Positions 50,205 to 62,660 of a DNA stretch of 64,000 nucleotides are shown here, in pieces; positions within the stretch are counted from its first letter, which is position 1, and each line of letters opens with the position of its first letter. The notes under the pieces are model-generated. The model had not been told where the DNA came from. It saw nothing but the letters and a program-made list of their open reading frames with translations, and ran no database searches. The translations under genes and the position numbers were made by a program. This stretch comes from Scyliorhinus canicula (lineage: Eukaryota), in the NCBI RefSeq assembly GCF_902713615.1, contig NC_052162.1, positions 120,641,727-120,705,726 on the forward strand, read 5' to 3'.

Positions 50205-53200
50205 AAAAATATTTTTATTCTCCTTTTTCACAATTTTTCTCCCGAGTTTACACCCAACAACAATCAAAACCCAACAACAAATAACAACAAATATCTCAAA
50301 TCCCATAACAGTAACAACGATCCCATCCTCCCACCATGCCCAGACATCAGCCCGCATGTTAACATAAACAAATGACCAAAATAAAAAGGAATCAGGGATT
50401 ACCCATAGCCATCTTCAACATACACAGCCGCCCCCCCCCCCCCCCCGACTAATGTTCGATGTTATCCAGTTCTTCAAGGTGCATAACAAATAGTGCCCAT
50501 GACTTGTAGAATCCCTCGAGCTTCCCCCTCAGTTCAAACTTAACCTTCTCAAGGGTCAAGTATTCCAACAGGTCCCCCCGCCACGCCAGGGCACAGGGTG
50601 GAGAGGCCGCTCTCCATCCCAACAGGATCCGCCTTCAGGCGATCAACAAGGCAAAGGCTATGATATCTGCCTCTGCACCCGTTTCCAACCCTGGCTGATC
50701 CGACACCCCGAATATGGCCTCCCGGGGACCCGGGTCCAGCTTCACATGCACCACCTTGGAAATTACCCTAAACACCTCCTTCCAGTACTTCCCAAGCTTT
50801 GGACAGGACCAGAACATATGAACATGATTAGCGGGGCACCCCCGTAACGTTCACACACATCCTCTACTCCTTCAAAGAATCGGCTCATCCATGCCCTCGT
50901 GAGGTGTGCCCTGTACACCACCTTCAGCTGTATCAGCCCCAACCTCGCACACGAGGTGGAGGCATTCACTCTCCGGAGCACCTCACACCAGATCCCCTCC
51001 TCTATAACCTCTCCCAATTCTTCCTCCCACTTTGCTTTGATCCCCTCCAGTGGTGCCTTATCCTTTTCCAACATAGCTCCGTATACCGCTGACACTGCTC
51101 CGTCTCCAGTCCACTTGCCGCCAGCATCTCCTCCAACAATGTGGAAGCCGGTTCCTCCGGGAAGCTCTGAATCTCCTTCCTGGCAAAGTCCCGAACCTGC
51201 ACATACCTAAACCCTTCTCCCTGCTCCAGCCCATACCTCGCTTCCAGCTCCCTCAATCCTGCAAATCGACCCCGAGGAAACAAATCTTTTAGCGTCTTAA
51301 TCCCCTTCTCTTCCCATTTCCGAAAGGTTCCGTCCCATCTCCCTGGCTCACATCTGTGGTTCTCCCAGCTCGGCATTTCCCTCGACCCTGCCCCCAATCT
51401 AAAGTGTTGGCGAAACTGCCTCCAGATTTTCAATGAAGCTATTACTACTGGACTCCCTGAGTATTTCCCCGGAGCTATCGGGAGCGGGGCCGTTGCCAGT
51501 GCCTTAAGCCCCGACCCCCTGCACGAACTCTCCTCCATTCTGACCCACTGGGAATCAAGCCCCCTGACACAGCTCCGCACCTTCTCCACATTCGCCACCC
51601 AGTCGTAGTATATCAGGTTCGGGAGACCCAAACCCCCTGCCTGCCTTCCCCTCTGTAGCAATACCTTCCTCACTCTGGCCACCTTCCCTACCCATATAAA
51701 TGAGGTAATCCTCCCCTCAATCTCCCTGAAAAAGGACTTTGGCAGGAAAATCGGCAGGCATTGAAAAATAAACAGAATTTGCGGCAACACATTCATTTTA
51801 ACCGCCTGCACCCGACCCGCCAGTGACAGAGGGAGACCATCCCACCTCGCCAGGTCGGCTTTCACTCTCCCCTACCAAACTAGTGATGTTGTATCTGCGA
51901 AGCCTTCCCCACTCCCGGGCAACCTGCACCCCCAAATACCTAAAGTAAGTCCCTGCCCTACGGAATGGCAGCCCGGCTGAGACACCACAAAATACTCACT
52001 CTTGTCCAAGTTCAGCTTGTACCCAGAGAAAGACCCAAATACCTGCAACTCCAATATTCCTATCGACGCACTCGGCTCCGACACATACAGCAGCAAGACG
52101 TCGGCATACAAGGACACCCGATGCTCTATCCTCCCCCCCCCCCCCCCCCCCTCACTATTCCTTTCCATGCTCCCGAACTTCTTAATGTGATGGTCAACGG
52201 CTCAATCGCAAGCGCAAACAGCAGGGGGCACATAGGACATCCCTGCCTCGTCCCACGGTGGAGAGAGAAGTATCTCGAACTGATATTGTTCATGCGGACA
52301 CTTGCCTTTGGCTCCTTATATAACTTTACCCAGTTCACAAATCTTGGTCCAATCCCAAACCGTTCCAGCACTGCCATCAGGTACCCCCGTTCCACCCAAT
52401 CAAACACCTTCTCGGCGTCCAGTGCCACCACCTCTGTTTCCTTCCCTTCCGCCGGTGCCATAATGATGTTCAAGATCCTCCTAATGTTCGAAAACAGCTG
52501 CCTCCCTTTCACGAACCCTGTCTGATCCTCACCTATCATCTTCGGGAGGCATCCCTCCAGCCTACCCGCCAGTACCTTTGCCAATACCTTTGCATCCACA
52601 TTAAGAAGTGAAATGGGCCTATACGACTCACACTCAGTCGGATCATAAGAACATCCTTATCCTTTTTGAGCAACAGTGAAATCGATGCCTGCCCCAAGGT
52701 TTGCGGCAGCACTCCCTTCCCTATCGCCTCTTCAAACATCCCTATCATCAAGGGTGCCAACTTATCCTTGCATTGTCTATAATATTCCACCGGAAACCCA
52801 TCCGGCCCTGCCATCTTCCCCGACTGCATCCTCCCAATCGCGTCTTTTATCTCCTGCTCCAGTATTGCTGCTTCTAATGTAGCCTTGTCTCCCTCCCCTA
52901 GCCTCGGGTACTCCAACCCATCTAGAAATTCCCGCCTCTCACGGTCTCCCCCGGGTGGCTCCGACCTGTACAACCTCTCGTAGAATTCCTCAAAAACCCT
53001 GTTAATCCGCTCCGGAGCCACCACCAACTTCCCGGACCTATCCTTTACCTGAAGAATTTCCCTTGCTGCTGCCTCTCTCTGGAGCTGACCTTGTCTCCAT
53101 GTTCATAAACTGCACCCCTTGCTCGCCTCAGTTGGCGCACCGCCTTCCTGGTGGATAGTCGGTCGAAGCTTGCCTGTTGTTCCTTCCTCTTTCCCAGCAT

Positions 53201-53790
53201 CGCTGGGTCCCCGTCCTCCTCATAACTCCTATCTGCCTCCAACATCTCATCTATTAGCCTCTGCCGCTCCAACCTCTCCTCCTTGTCCACCCTGGCCTTA
53301 AACAAAATTACCTCACCCCTCACTACCGCCTTTAGAGCCTCCCTCACCCATACAGTTGAATCTTACATATTCCTTAATTACCTTTTCAATTTTTTTACAG
53401 AATACTTGGTTCCCCAAAAGCCCTACATCCAGTTTCCACCCCGGCCTCTGCACTACCCCCTTCTCCAGTACCATATCCACCCAATGTGGCACGTGACCTG
53501 ACACAGCAATTGCAGAGTATTCCGACCCCCTGACTCCAGCCAACAAAGCCTTTCCCACCACAAAAAGTCAATCCGCGGGAATACCCTATGGACTGCTGAA
53601 AAAAACAAGTACTCCAATTTCCCTGGGTGTAGGAACCTCCAAGGGTCCACCCCTCCCATTTCCACCATTAGCATCTTTGCCCCCCCTGATGGGACCAGCG
53701 AGCGCGGCTGTGATCTGTCCAACCTTGGCTCCTGCACCAAGTTCCAGTCCCCCTCCCCACAATCAGCTTGCGTGTGTCCAAGTCAGGAAT
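50205..53790 (-). mobile_element. L1-clade LINE, most of ORF2 plus 3'UTR, frameshifted
   Basis: Colinear ORF pieces: endonuclease (DPWRFLHP...RIDF), GPDGFP, DQTGFVKGR, LDAEK.FD, RGTRQGCP, SLYAD, C-terminal HMFWSCP; T-run at the 3' end. Confidence 0.9.
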
Positions 53791-54279
53791 GGCTCCAAGC
53801 CGCCCAGTAATAGTTAATAAAATTCGGAAGGGCCAAGCAAAAGTTTGCCATCTGAGGTCGGAAGAGGGTTTCCACAAAACGTGGGAGCCGTTCACTTGGT
53901 TGTTCCAAGACCTGTTTGTAGCCAACAGCTGAGAAGACAAAGAACAGGAGAAGGCAGTCATGACACAGTAAGGAAGGTGGGGGGTTGTGGGATAAGGGAA
54001 TGAGAGGGGGACAGGGAGACATGGAATCCAACCATGCCCAACAGCAGTTCTTAAAGAGACACTGATCACCCAGCAATCAGTAGACACAACTGAACTACAG
54101 GAAGGACAGGACACAGGGTGTACAATTCAAATGTGGTTTATATGACCTGAATCCAGAATTTTAAAATCCATCTCAGTTACAGGAGTCTCTAACATCAGCA
54201 AAAATGATCCCCAACCTTCAGCATCAATAAGGTTTGGCACAGCAACCACAGCAGAATCACTCTTTGTCTCAAACAATAA

Positions 54280-54972
54280 ATCTGTGTCCCCAATCTCTAC
54301 CTCCTCCCTACTGATTGTAACACTACTTCATCCCACTATGCTCCTCCTGCTTTTCCCTCAATTCTCCTTCCCTGAAGGTGCTGACTCTCGGGTTCAGTTT
54401 CAGTCTCACCTATTCCCTCCCCAATATGTCACCCAGATGTCTAAATCTTTACACCTGAAGTTAACAAACTGTTCTGCAAAGGGATACGTCACAGTCAAAT
54501 CCAGTGATTGTCCCGTACCCGCACTTTTCATCCCAGTCCCAGGAGTTTGGAGACTGGGCTCCAGATGAGTAATGGCGGCCTCGGCTCCCACAATTCCCCG
54601 GACTGGAGAAACGGCTCTATCCGCCGCGCGGGTGGGCGGCGCGGGACTGCGCATGTCCAAGGGAGAGGGGAGAGGGCATGTGCAGGGAGGAGTCAACAAC
54701 CTGACCTTCTTACTCAGGTGTTGACCAATGGGAAGAATTGAAGGACCGGAAGGACTGTGCTCCTCCAGCCAATCAGTGCCAGAGAGTGGCTTTGTGTGAA
54801 TGAAAATTGAGTTTCACAGAGGGAAACTACTTCCTGTCTCCAACATCTGAGTAAAACACTTTCTTTTCTCCCCCTTTCCATTTCTTTTCTCATTCTGACC
54901 TTCAACTGGTGACTTGCAGCAACTGAAGGGAAAGGAAGTGAATCCAGGGAGGGTGCAGACTCTGGAAAGTTT
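54280..54972 (+). promoter_or_regulatory. Promoter cassette copy, plus arm truncated at a SINE
   Basis: AATGGCGGCC (YY1), TGCGCATG, CCAAT twice, CCGGAAG; exon homology stops at about 54972. Confidence 0.65.
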
Positions 54973-56509
54973 GGACCCGGGTTCGGTCCCAGCCCTGGGT
55001 CACATTCCATGTGGAGTTTGCACATTCTCCCGTGTTTGCGTGGGTCTCACCCCCATAAACCCAGAAAGGTGTGCAGGATAGGTGAATTGGCCATGCTGGA
55101 TTGCCCCTTGATTGGAAAAAAAAATTAATCGGGTTCTCTGAATTTAATTTTAAAAAAACATATATTAACTGTAGCTACATGGTTGGGGGGGGGGATGAAT
55201 GCAATGGGAAATTATTCCAAGGTCCCGGTTGCCGGTTGAGGCCGTACTCATGTGTGCGGAACTTGGCTATAAGTTTCTGCTCGGCGATTCTGCATTGTCG
55301 CTCGTCCTGAAGGCTGCTTTGGAGAGGCTACTCCCTCTTAATAATAATATTTATTTTTGTCACAGGTAGGCTCACATTAACACGGCAATGGGGCAGCACG
55401 GTGGCACAGTGGTTAGCACTGCCGCCTCATGGCGCCGAGGTCCCAGGTTCGATCCCGGATCTGGGTCACTGTCCATGCGGAGTTTGCACATTCTCCCCGT
55501 TTGCGTGAGTTTCACCCCCACGACCCAAAGATGTGTAGCCCAGGTGGATTGGCCACGCTAAATTGCAACTTAATTGAAAAAACTGAATTGGGTACTTTAA
55601 ATTTTTAAAAATACACGGTAATGAAGTTACTGTGAAACTCCCCAAGTCGCCACATTCCGGCGCCTGTTCAGGTACACAGAAGGAGAATTCAGAATGTTCA
55701 ATTCCCCTAACAGCATGTCTTTCAGGCATTCTAGAACGAAAGGTAATAGTCTGAGGATAAGATGGACAGCATGGTAGCACAGTAGTTAGCACAGTTGCTT
55801 CACATCTCCAGGGTCCCAGGTTTGATTCCGGCTTGGGTCACTGGCTGTGTGGAGTCTGCACATTCTCCCCGTGTCTGTGTAGGTTTGTACAGGTGCTCCG
55901 GTTTCCTCCCACAGTCCATGTGCAGGTTAGGTAGATCATCCATGATATAAGGCGGATTGGCCATGATAAATTGCCCTTAGTGTCCAAAAAGGTTAGGTGG
56001 GTTACGGGCATGGGGTGGAGGCGTGGGTTGGGGCGTGGGCTGGGGTGGGGTGCTCTTTCCGGGGGCTGGTGCAGACTCGATGGGCTGAATGCCCTCCTTC
56101 TGCTCTGTAAATTCTATGATTCCACCAGGTGCTTCAGTTTCCTCCCACAAGCCCTGAAAGACGTGCTGTTAGATCATTTGGACATTCTGAATTCTCCCAC
56201 TGCGTGCCCGAACAGTCGACAAAATGTGGAGCTTGGGGCTTTTCCCAGTAACTTCACTGCAGTGTTAATGTAAGCCAACTTGTGACAATAAAGATTATTC
56301 AAAAAAAGAGATAACAAATTCTAAAGAGTTGAGGAGAAACTGCTTCTTCCAAAGGGCTGTGAATCTGTGGAATTCACTACCCCAGAGTGTGGTGGAGCTG
56401 GGACAGTGAGTAAATTTAGGGAGGCGTTAGACAGATTTTTAATCGGGTTGAAGGGTTCGACTCGATGGGCCAAATGGCCTAATACTGTTCCTACATCTTA
56501 GAACCTTCT

Positions 56510-57335
56510 GAAAGGGGGAGACATTGATTTGCTCCCAGATGTTGCCCAGAGGAGGAAGTTTTAGTTTGAAGCTCATTGTCCAACCTCCACATTGTGACAT
56601 CACAAAGTAGCTCGTCCTAAATCAGCCAATAGGAATAAATCTACTCCGCGGTGACGTCATTGCCCAGCGCGCGCAGATGTGGGAGCCCTGCCCCCACCCA
56701 AGTTCCCTTCCTCCACACATCCTCGAGACAAGGTTTCCAGGCAACCGGCTGACAGTTCCGGCCGTCGGTGATCTCCCCCTCCACTGACATGGGACTGCGC
56801 ATGTCTCAGGGAGAGGGGAAGTTGCGCATGTGCAGGGGAGCTCACTTCCGTTGACCTTCCCGCTGAGGTGTTGACCAACAAGAAGATAGGAGGACCGGAA
56901 GGACTCTGCTCCTCCGCCAATCAGAGCTCCCCCATTGTCTCAATGCGGAAGTTGGACATGGAGGTTTGTGCCAAGCAAAGCTGTTGTTCCTTCAACCCTG
57001 TGTGAACTTGAGCTGCACACAGACTGAACCGTCCCCCTGTCTCCAACATCTGTGAGTAAAACACTTTCTTTTCTCCCCCTTTCCATTTCTTTCTTCATTC
57101 TCATCTGCAATTGGTGACTTGCAGCAACTGAAGGGAAAGGAAGTGAATCCAGGGAGGGTGCAGACTCTGGAAAGCTTGGCCCAGGTCTCTCTCTCTCTCT
57201 CTTAAAGACATTGACATCCTTTGCTCCCTCAGCTTGACACAATTATTTGTCTGGCTAAAATAGTGATCTCTTTCCTAATGTTCACATTTAAAGGGCTGGT
57301 TTCCCCAGGAGATGGCTGATATTAAAGGGAACAGT
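56510..57335 (+). promoter_or_regulatory. Promoter and first non-coding exons of ZNF-H
   Basis: CCAAT, TGACGTCA (CRE, near 56652), TGCGCATG twice, CACTTCCG and CCGGAAG; donor GTGAGT at 57052, acceptor TTGCAG at 57124. Confidence 0.7.
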
Positions 57336-57339
57336 AAAC

Positions 57340-58895
57340 AGGACAAATCAAACCCAACCAATTACTTCCCTGTCGGAATACTCTCCGCCAGCAGCAAGGT
57401 GATGGACGGAGTCATTAACAGTGCTATCAAGCAGTACTTACTCAGCAAAACCTGCTCACGGATGTCCAGTGGCTGGTTTAGCTCACCAGGCTAAATCGCT
57501 GGCTTTTAAAGCAGACCAAGGCAGGCCAGCAGTACGGTTCGATTCCCGTACCAGCCTCCCCGGACAGGCGCCGGAATGTGGCGATTAGGGGCTTTTCACA
57601 GTAACTTCATTGAAGCCTACTCGTGACAATAAGCGGTTTTCATTTCATTTCATTTCAGTTTGGGTCCCACCAGGGCCACTCAGCTCCTGACCTCATTACA
57701 GCCTTGGTTCAAACATGGACAAAAGGGCTGAATGCCAGAGGTGAGGTGAGAGTGATGCCCTTGGTATCAAGGCAGCATTTGACCGAGTATGGCATCAAGG
57801 AGCCCCAGCTAAACTGGAGTCAATGGGAATCGGGAAAAACTCTCTGCTGGTTGGAGTCATGCCTGACACAAAGGAAGATAGTTGTGGTGGTTGGAGGTCA
57901 ATTATCTCAGCTCCAGGAGTTCCTCAGGGCACACTCCTCGGCTCAACCATTTTAGCTGCTTCATCAATGACCTCCCTTTCATCATAAGGCGAGAAGTGGG
58001 GATGTTTTTCGATGACTGCACAATGTTCAGCACCATACGTGACTCCTCAGATAATGAAGCAATCCATGTCCAAATACAGCATTCCCTGCACAGTATCCAG
58101 ATGTTGGCTGATAAGTGGCAAGTTATATTTGTGCTACACAAGTGCCAGGCAATGACCATCTCCTACAAAGGAGGATCTAACCACCGCCCCTTAACATTCA
58201 GTGGCATTAGCATCGCTGAATCCCCCACAACCAACAACCTGAGGGTTACCATTGATCAGAAACTGAACTGAACAAGCCATATTAATACTGTGCTTACCAG
58301 TGCAGGCCAAAGACTACAGTGAGTAACGCACCTTCTGACCCCCAAAGTCTGTCCACCATATACAAGGCACAGGTCGGGCGTGTAATAGAGTAATCACTGC
58401 TTGCATGATTGAGTGCAGCTCCAACAACACTCAAGATGCTGTCCTACACCAACCAGAACAAAGCAGCCTGCTTGACTGCACCCCATTCCACAAATATTCA
58501 CACCCTCCGCCAATGGCAAACTATGGCAGCCGTGTATACAATCTACAATGTGCACTGCAGTAACTAACCAAGGTTCCTCAGATAGCACCTTCCAAACTCA
58601 CAACCACTACTATCTAGAAGGACAAAAGCAGCAGATACCTGGGAATTCCACTACCTGGAGGTTCACCTCCAAGTCACTCACCAGATGGACTTGGAAATAT
58701 ATCGCCCTTCCTTCATTGTTGCTGGGGCGACATCCTGGAACTCCTTCCCTGACAGCACAGGAGATGTACCTACAACTCGAGGACTGCAGCGGTTCAAGAA
58801 GTCAACTCATCACTGCCTTCTGAAGGGTAACTGGGGATGGGCAATAAATGCTGGCTGAACCAGCGACTCTCACATCCCGTAAATGAATTAAAAAA
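57340..58895 (+). mobile_element. CR1/L2-superclade LINE (second family), RT to 3' tail
   Basis: QFG...GHSAPDLITALVQTW, FSCFINDLP...FFDDC, WQ..F...KC; tail gggcaataaatgctggc. The same tail occurs on the minus strand at 1580-1840. Confidence 0.8.
57470..57657 (+). mobile_element. Young short tRNA-derived SINE nested in LINE
   Basis: Near-identical to 13178-13350; cagt duplicated at the ends. Confidence 0.8.
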
Positions 58896-59222
58896 AATTT
58901 TATATTGGACAGAGATATATGGAATGTATTATATATATTATTGATGGTTCTGTAGTAAAATACATGCATTATCTTTTCTAGTTTTGTAATATAGTACTGT
59001 ACCTACATTATTTCGAATCACCCCATCTCTAATCTGTAAATATACTTAGATGGAGATTCTCTACTCTTCTACAGGTTGTAATGAGTTTAGATTTGTTGAT
59101 CAGCATCAATCAGTACCTTCATAAGAATTGGGAGGGGAAGGAAGTGAATCCATTCTGTATATTACACACATTTGTTGTCCAGTAACATAGACATATATCT
59201 GTCTGGCAGCCTCTGTGTCCAG

Positions 59223-59288
59223 GACAAGAAGCAGTGAGCAGGGATCTGTCAATCAGCCTGATTCAGTGCCTTCAGGAGAATTGGGAGG
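59223..59288 (+). other. 66-nt non-coding exon of ZNF-H (paralogous exons near 1082-1147, 16185-16250, 33858-33925, 45497-45562 on minus strand)
   Basis: tgtgtccAG|GAC...GGGAGG|GTgaat; the following short intron ends tttttgcAG at 59459; sequence conserved in every paralog. Confidence 0.6.
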
Positions 59289-59796
59289 GTGAATATTAGA
59301 TACAGCAGAGTGAGAATGGAGGGAGAGTGTGTGGAATGGAGATTTAGAGCATTTGAGGGAAAGAGGGAGAGCGAACAATGTTCGATAGAAACTAGAATTG
59401 TCTGTTCTGAATTTCTATCCTGTACTGACATTAATGATTTTTGTAAAATCTTTTTGCAGGAAGTTAGAACGAGAGGAGTTTGAGGTGGATATCTCAAACA
59501 AAATATCATGTCAAGAACTGACTGAGTCACTCAGATCTTGGGAGTCGAATATCATCAGCCTTTGAATCTAGAAGGAGAAATGTTTGTCTATTCTGTCTGC
59601 TTCAAGAGATTTTAAACATCAGTGTGACTGGAAAAGAACTGAGACACACACACCCATGTGAGATTGTTACAGAGCACTGACTGTGGAAAGAGCTTTAATC
59701 AGTTATACAGCCTGAAAAACACATCACACCATTCACAGCAGGGAGAGACTGTATAGGTGTTCTGTGTGTGGATGAGGCTTCAACTGATCGTCCAAC

Positions 59797-60834
59797 ATGG
59801 TGAGACACAAGATCACCCGGATCATGGAGAAACCATGGAAATGTGAGGACTGTGGGATGGGATTCACAGCCCCGTGCCAGCTGGAAAGTCATCAACGCAG
59901 TCACACTGGAGAGAGGCCTTTCACCTGCTCTCAGTGTGAACAGGGATTCGCTGCCATAGGAAACTTGCGGAGACACGAACGAGTTCACAGTGGGGAGAGG
60001 CCATTCACCTGCTCTGACTGTGGGAAGGGATTCACTGAGTTATACAGCCTGCAGGGACACCAGCGAGTTCACACCGGGGAGAGGCCATTCACCTGCTCTC
60101 AGTGTGAGAAGGGATTCACTCATTTAACCAATTTGCAGAACCACCAGCGAGTTCACACTGGGGAGAGGCCATTCATCTGCATTGTGTGTGATAAGCGATT
60201 TGCTCAGTTATCCAGCCTGCAGACACACCAGCGGCTTCACACTGGGGAGAGGCCATTCATCTGCTCTGTGTGTGATAAGGGATTCACTCAGTTATCCAAC
60301 CTGAAGACACACCAGCGGCTTCACACCAGGGAGAAGCCATTCATCTGCTCCGTGTGTGATAAAGGATTCACTCAGTTATCCAGCCTGCAGACACACCAGC
60401 GACTTCACACTGGGGAGAAGCCATTCATCTGCTCCATGTGTGATAAGGGATTCACTCGGTTATTCAACCTGAAGAAACACCAGAGCGCTCACACCAGGGC
60501 GAGGCCATTCATCTGCTCTGTGTGTGATAAAGGATTCACGCGATTATCCAGCCTGCAGACACACCAGCAAGTTCACACCGGGGAGAAGCCGTTCATCTGC
60601 TCTGTGTGTGATAAGGGATTCACTCAGTTATCCAGCCTGCTGAAACACAATGTCAATCACACCAATGAGAGACCCTTTAAATGCTCTGACTGCAGAAAGG
60701 GTTTCAAAAGTTCACAGTTACTGATGTCCCACCAGCGCGTTCACTCTGAGGAGAGACCGTTCAGCTGCTCTCACTGCACAAAGAGCTTCAGAACCTCATC
60801 CAACCTGATCAGACACGAGCGAGGTCACACCTAA
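59797..60834 (+). CDS. C2H2 zinc-finger protein ZNF-H (12 fingers)
   Basis: 345-aa ORF; family-typical MEKPWKC start at 59824 (extra in-frame ATG at 59797); stop lies at the junction with a Rex1-like LINE. Confidence 0.9.
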   Translation: MVRHKITRIMEKPWKCEDCGMGFTAPCQLESHQRSHTGERPFTCSQCEQGFAAIGNLRRHERVHSGERPFTCSDCGKGFTELYSLQGHQRVHTGERPFTCSQCEKGFTHLTNLQNHQRVHTGERPFICIVCDKRFAQLSSLQTHQRLHTGERPFICSVCDKGFTQLSNLKTHQRLHTREKPFICSVCDKGFTQLSSLQTHQRLHTGEKPFICSMCDKGFTRLFNLKKHQSAHTRARPFICSVCDKGFTRLSSLQTHQQVHTGEKPFICSVCDKGFTQLSSLLKHNVNHTNERPFKCSDCRKGFKSSQLLMSHQRVHSEERPFSCSHCTKSFRTSSNLIRHERGHT

Positions 60835-62250
60835 CAATGAAGCAGAATGCCCGGAGGCCTTGTTCATCGTGGCCGGGGACTTTAACCAGGCCAACCTCGA
60901 GTGTACTGCCAAAATTCCACCACCACATCTTATGTCCCAAATGGGGCCCCAACATCCTTGACCACTGCTACACAAACATCAAGGGAGCTTCTCAATCCAT
61001 CCCCCAACCGCACTTCGGAAAATCAGACCACAAGATGGTGCTCCTTCTCCCGGCATACAAGCAGAAACTGAACGGGAGAATCCGGTTAAGAAGGTTGTGC
61101 AAATGCTGGTCTGAGGCAAAGGAAGAGCTCCTACGCGACTGCTTGGAGTCAGTGGACTGGTCCATATTCAAGAAATCAGCAGCCAAGCTAAACGAGTTTG
61201 CCAGCACCATCACAGACTTCATCAGAAAGTGTGTAGAAAGGGCAGCACGGTGGCACAGTGGTTAGCATTGCTGCCAACGGCGCTGAGGACCCGGGTTCGC
61301 GTCCCAGCCCTGGGTCACTGTCTGTGTGGAGCTTGCACATTCTCCCCGTCTCTGCGTGGGTTTCGCCCCCACGACCCAAAAGATGTGCAGGTTAGGTGAA
61401 TTGGCCACGCTAAATTGCCCCTTAATTGGAAAAAATAATTGTGTACTCTAAATTTAAAAAAAAAAGAAAGTGTGTAGAAGATTGTGTGTCAAAGCAGGTA
61501 GTATGTACGTTTCCCAACCAGAAACCGTGGTTTAATCGGGTGATTCACTCCGTACTGGAGGCCACGTCTGAGGCATTCAAGACAGGCGACCCTGACCTAT
61601 ACAAGAAATCTATGTACGATCTCCACAAAGCCAACAGGGACGTCAAGAAACAATACCAGACTAAGCTAGAGTCACAGACTAATGACATGGACTCTCATCG
61701 GTTGTGGCAAGGTTTCAACAACATAATGAGCTGCAAAGCCGAGAAGAATCTTTGGCAACAGGGCACCCCTCCCCGACAAATTCAATGCATTCTCTGTTCA
61801 CTTCAACAGGAAACCAACAAACCTTTGTCAACTGCTCCAGCAACCTTGGAGACACAAACCTGTGACATACCAACCGGAACAGCCTCCAAAGTCAGATCGG
61901 CCTTGAAAGTGAACCCTTGGTAAGCGGCAGGTCCTGACGGGATCCCTGGTCGTGCACCCAGATACTGTGCAGACCAACTGGCGGATGTGTTTCCGGACAT
62001 CCTCAACCTCTCCCTACTCCGTTCCTAGATTCCCACCTGTTTCAAGAAGACCACCATCCCTACCGGTGCCAAAGGAGAACCAGGCAACGTGCCTCAACCA
62101 CTACCATCCGGTGGCCTTGGCATCGATCATTATGATGAGCTTCGAGAGGTTGGCCATGAGGCACTTCAACTCCAGACTCCCAGGGTGCCTTGATCCACTG
62201 CAATTCGCATACCGCCATGGCCCTACCTGTCCACCGCAGACGCCATGGCC
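60832..62250 (+). mobile_element. Rex1/Babar-like LINE fragment
   Basis: ILDHCYT, GKSDH, FPNQKPW, GPDGIPGR, ADQLADVF, LDPLQFAYR. Confidence 0.8.
61240..61465 (+). mobile_element. Short V-SINE with poly(A) tail and long TSD (other copies near 1400-1570+, 1900-2110-, 12140-12390+, 13845-13980-, 17570-17780-, 17850-18062-, 19211-19438+, 47650-47872-, 54972-55160+, 55390-55610+)
   Basis: Same head and core, ending aattgccccttaattgg(a)n...ctctaaattt(a)n; 15-bp TSD agaaagtgtgtagaa at 61224-61238 and 61465-61479. Confidence 0.8.
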
Positions 62251-62254
62251 CTAC

Positions 62255-62660
62255 CTGTCCACCAATTCAATTAATCCAGTGATCAAATTGAACAATTGTC
62301 ATGTTACAACAGGCCCAACTCTGATGTGAGGTAATGGTCACTTTGGGGATAAAAGTAGAGGTTTCGAAGGTCTTCCTTGCTGACCAAGTACTGAAGATTC
62401 CCGAGGCTGAGTTCCAAGAAAATTACTGCCAAAGAAGGATCCAGACTCCCGAGGCTGAATTCCACAAGAATTACTGTCAAAGAAGGAGCCAGAGAGGGTT
62501 ACGCTGCTACAGACTGATCACCCACATGAAGTTGTAAAAGTCAATGTCTTAAAGTTGTTCAATAAACCTTTTTCATTTAATAAACTTTTAAAATTGACTA
62601 TCCCGAGGATTCTGAATTTGCCGTAATTGGTTACAGTCTTGTCCGAACCAAAGGGAACAT
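62255..62660 (+). repeat. LTR-like fragment with a 48-bp tandem duplication
   Basis: aga(t/c)tcccgaggctga...aattactg.caaagaagga.cc twice at about 62395-62490; GATAAAAG upstream and AATAAA downstream. Confidence 0.4.
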
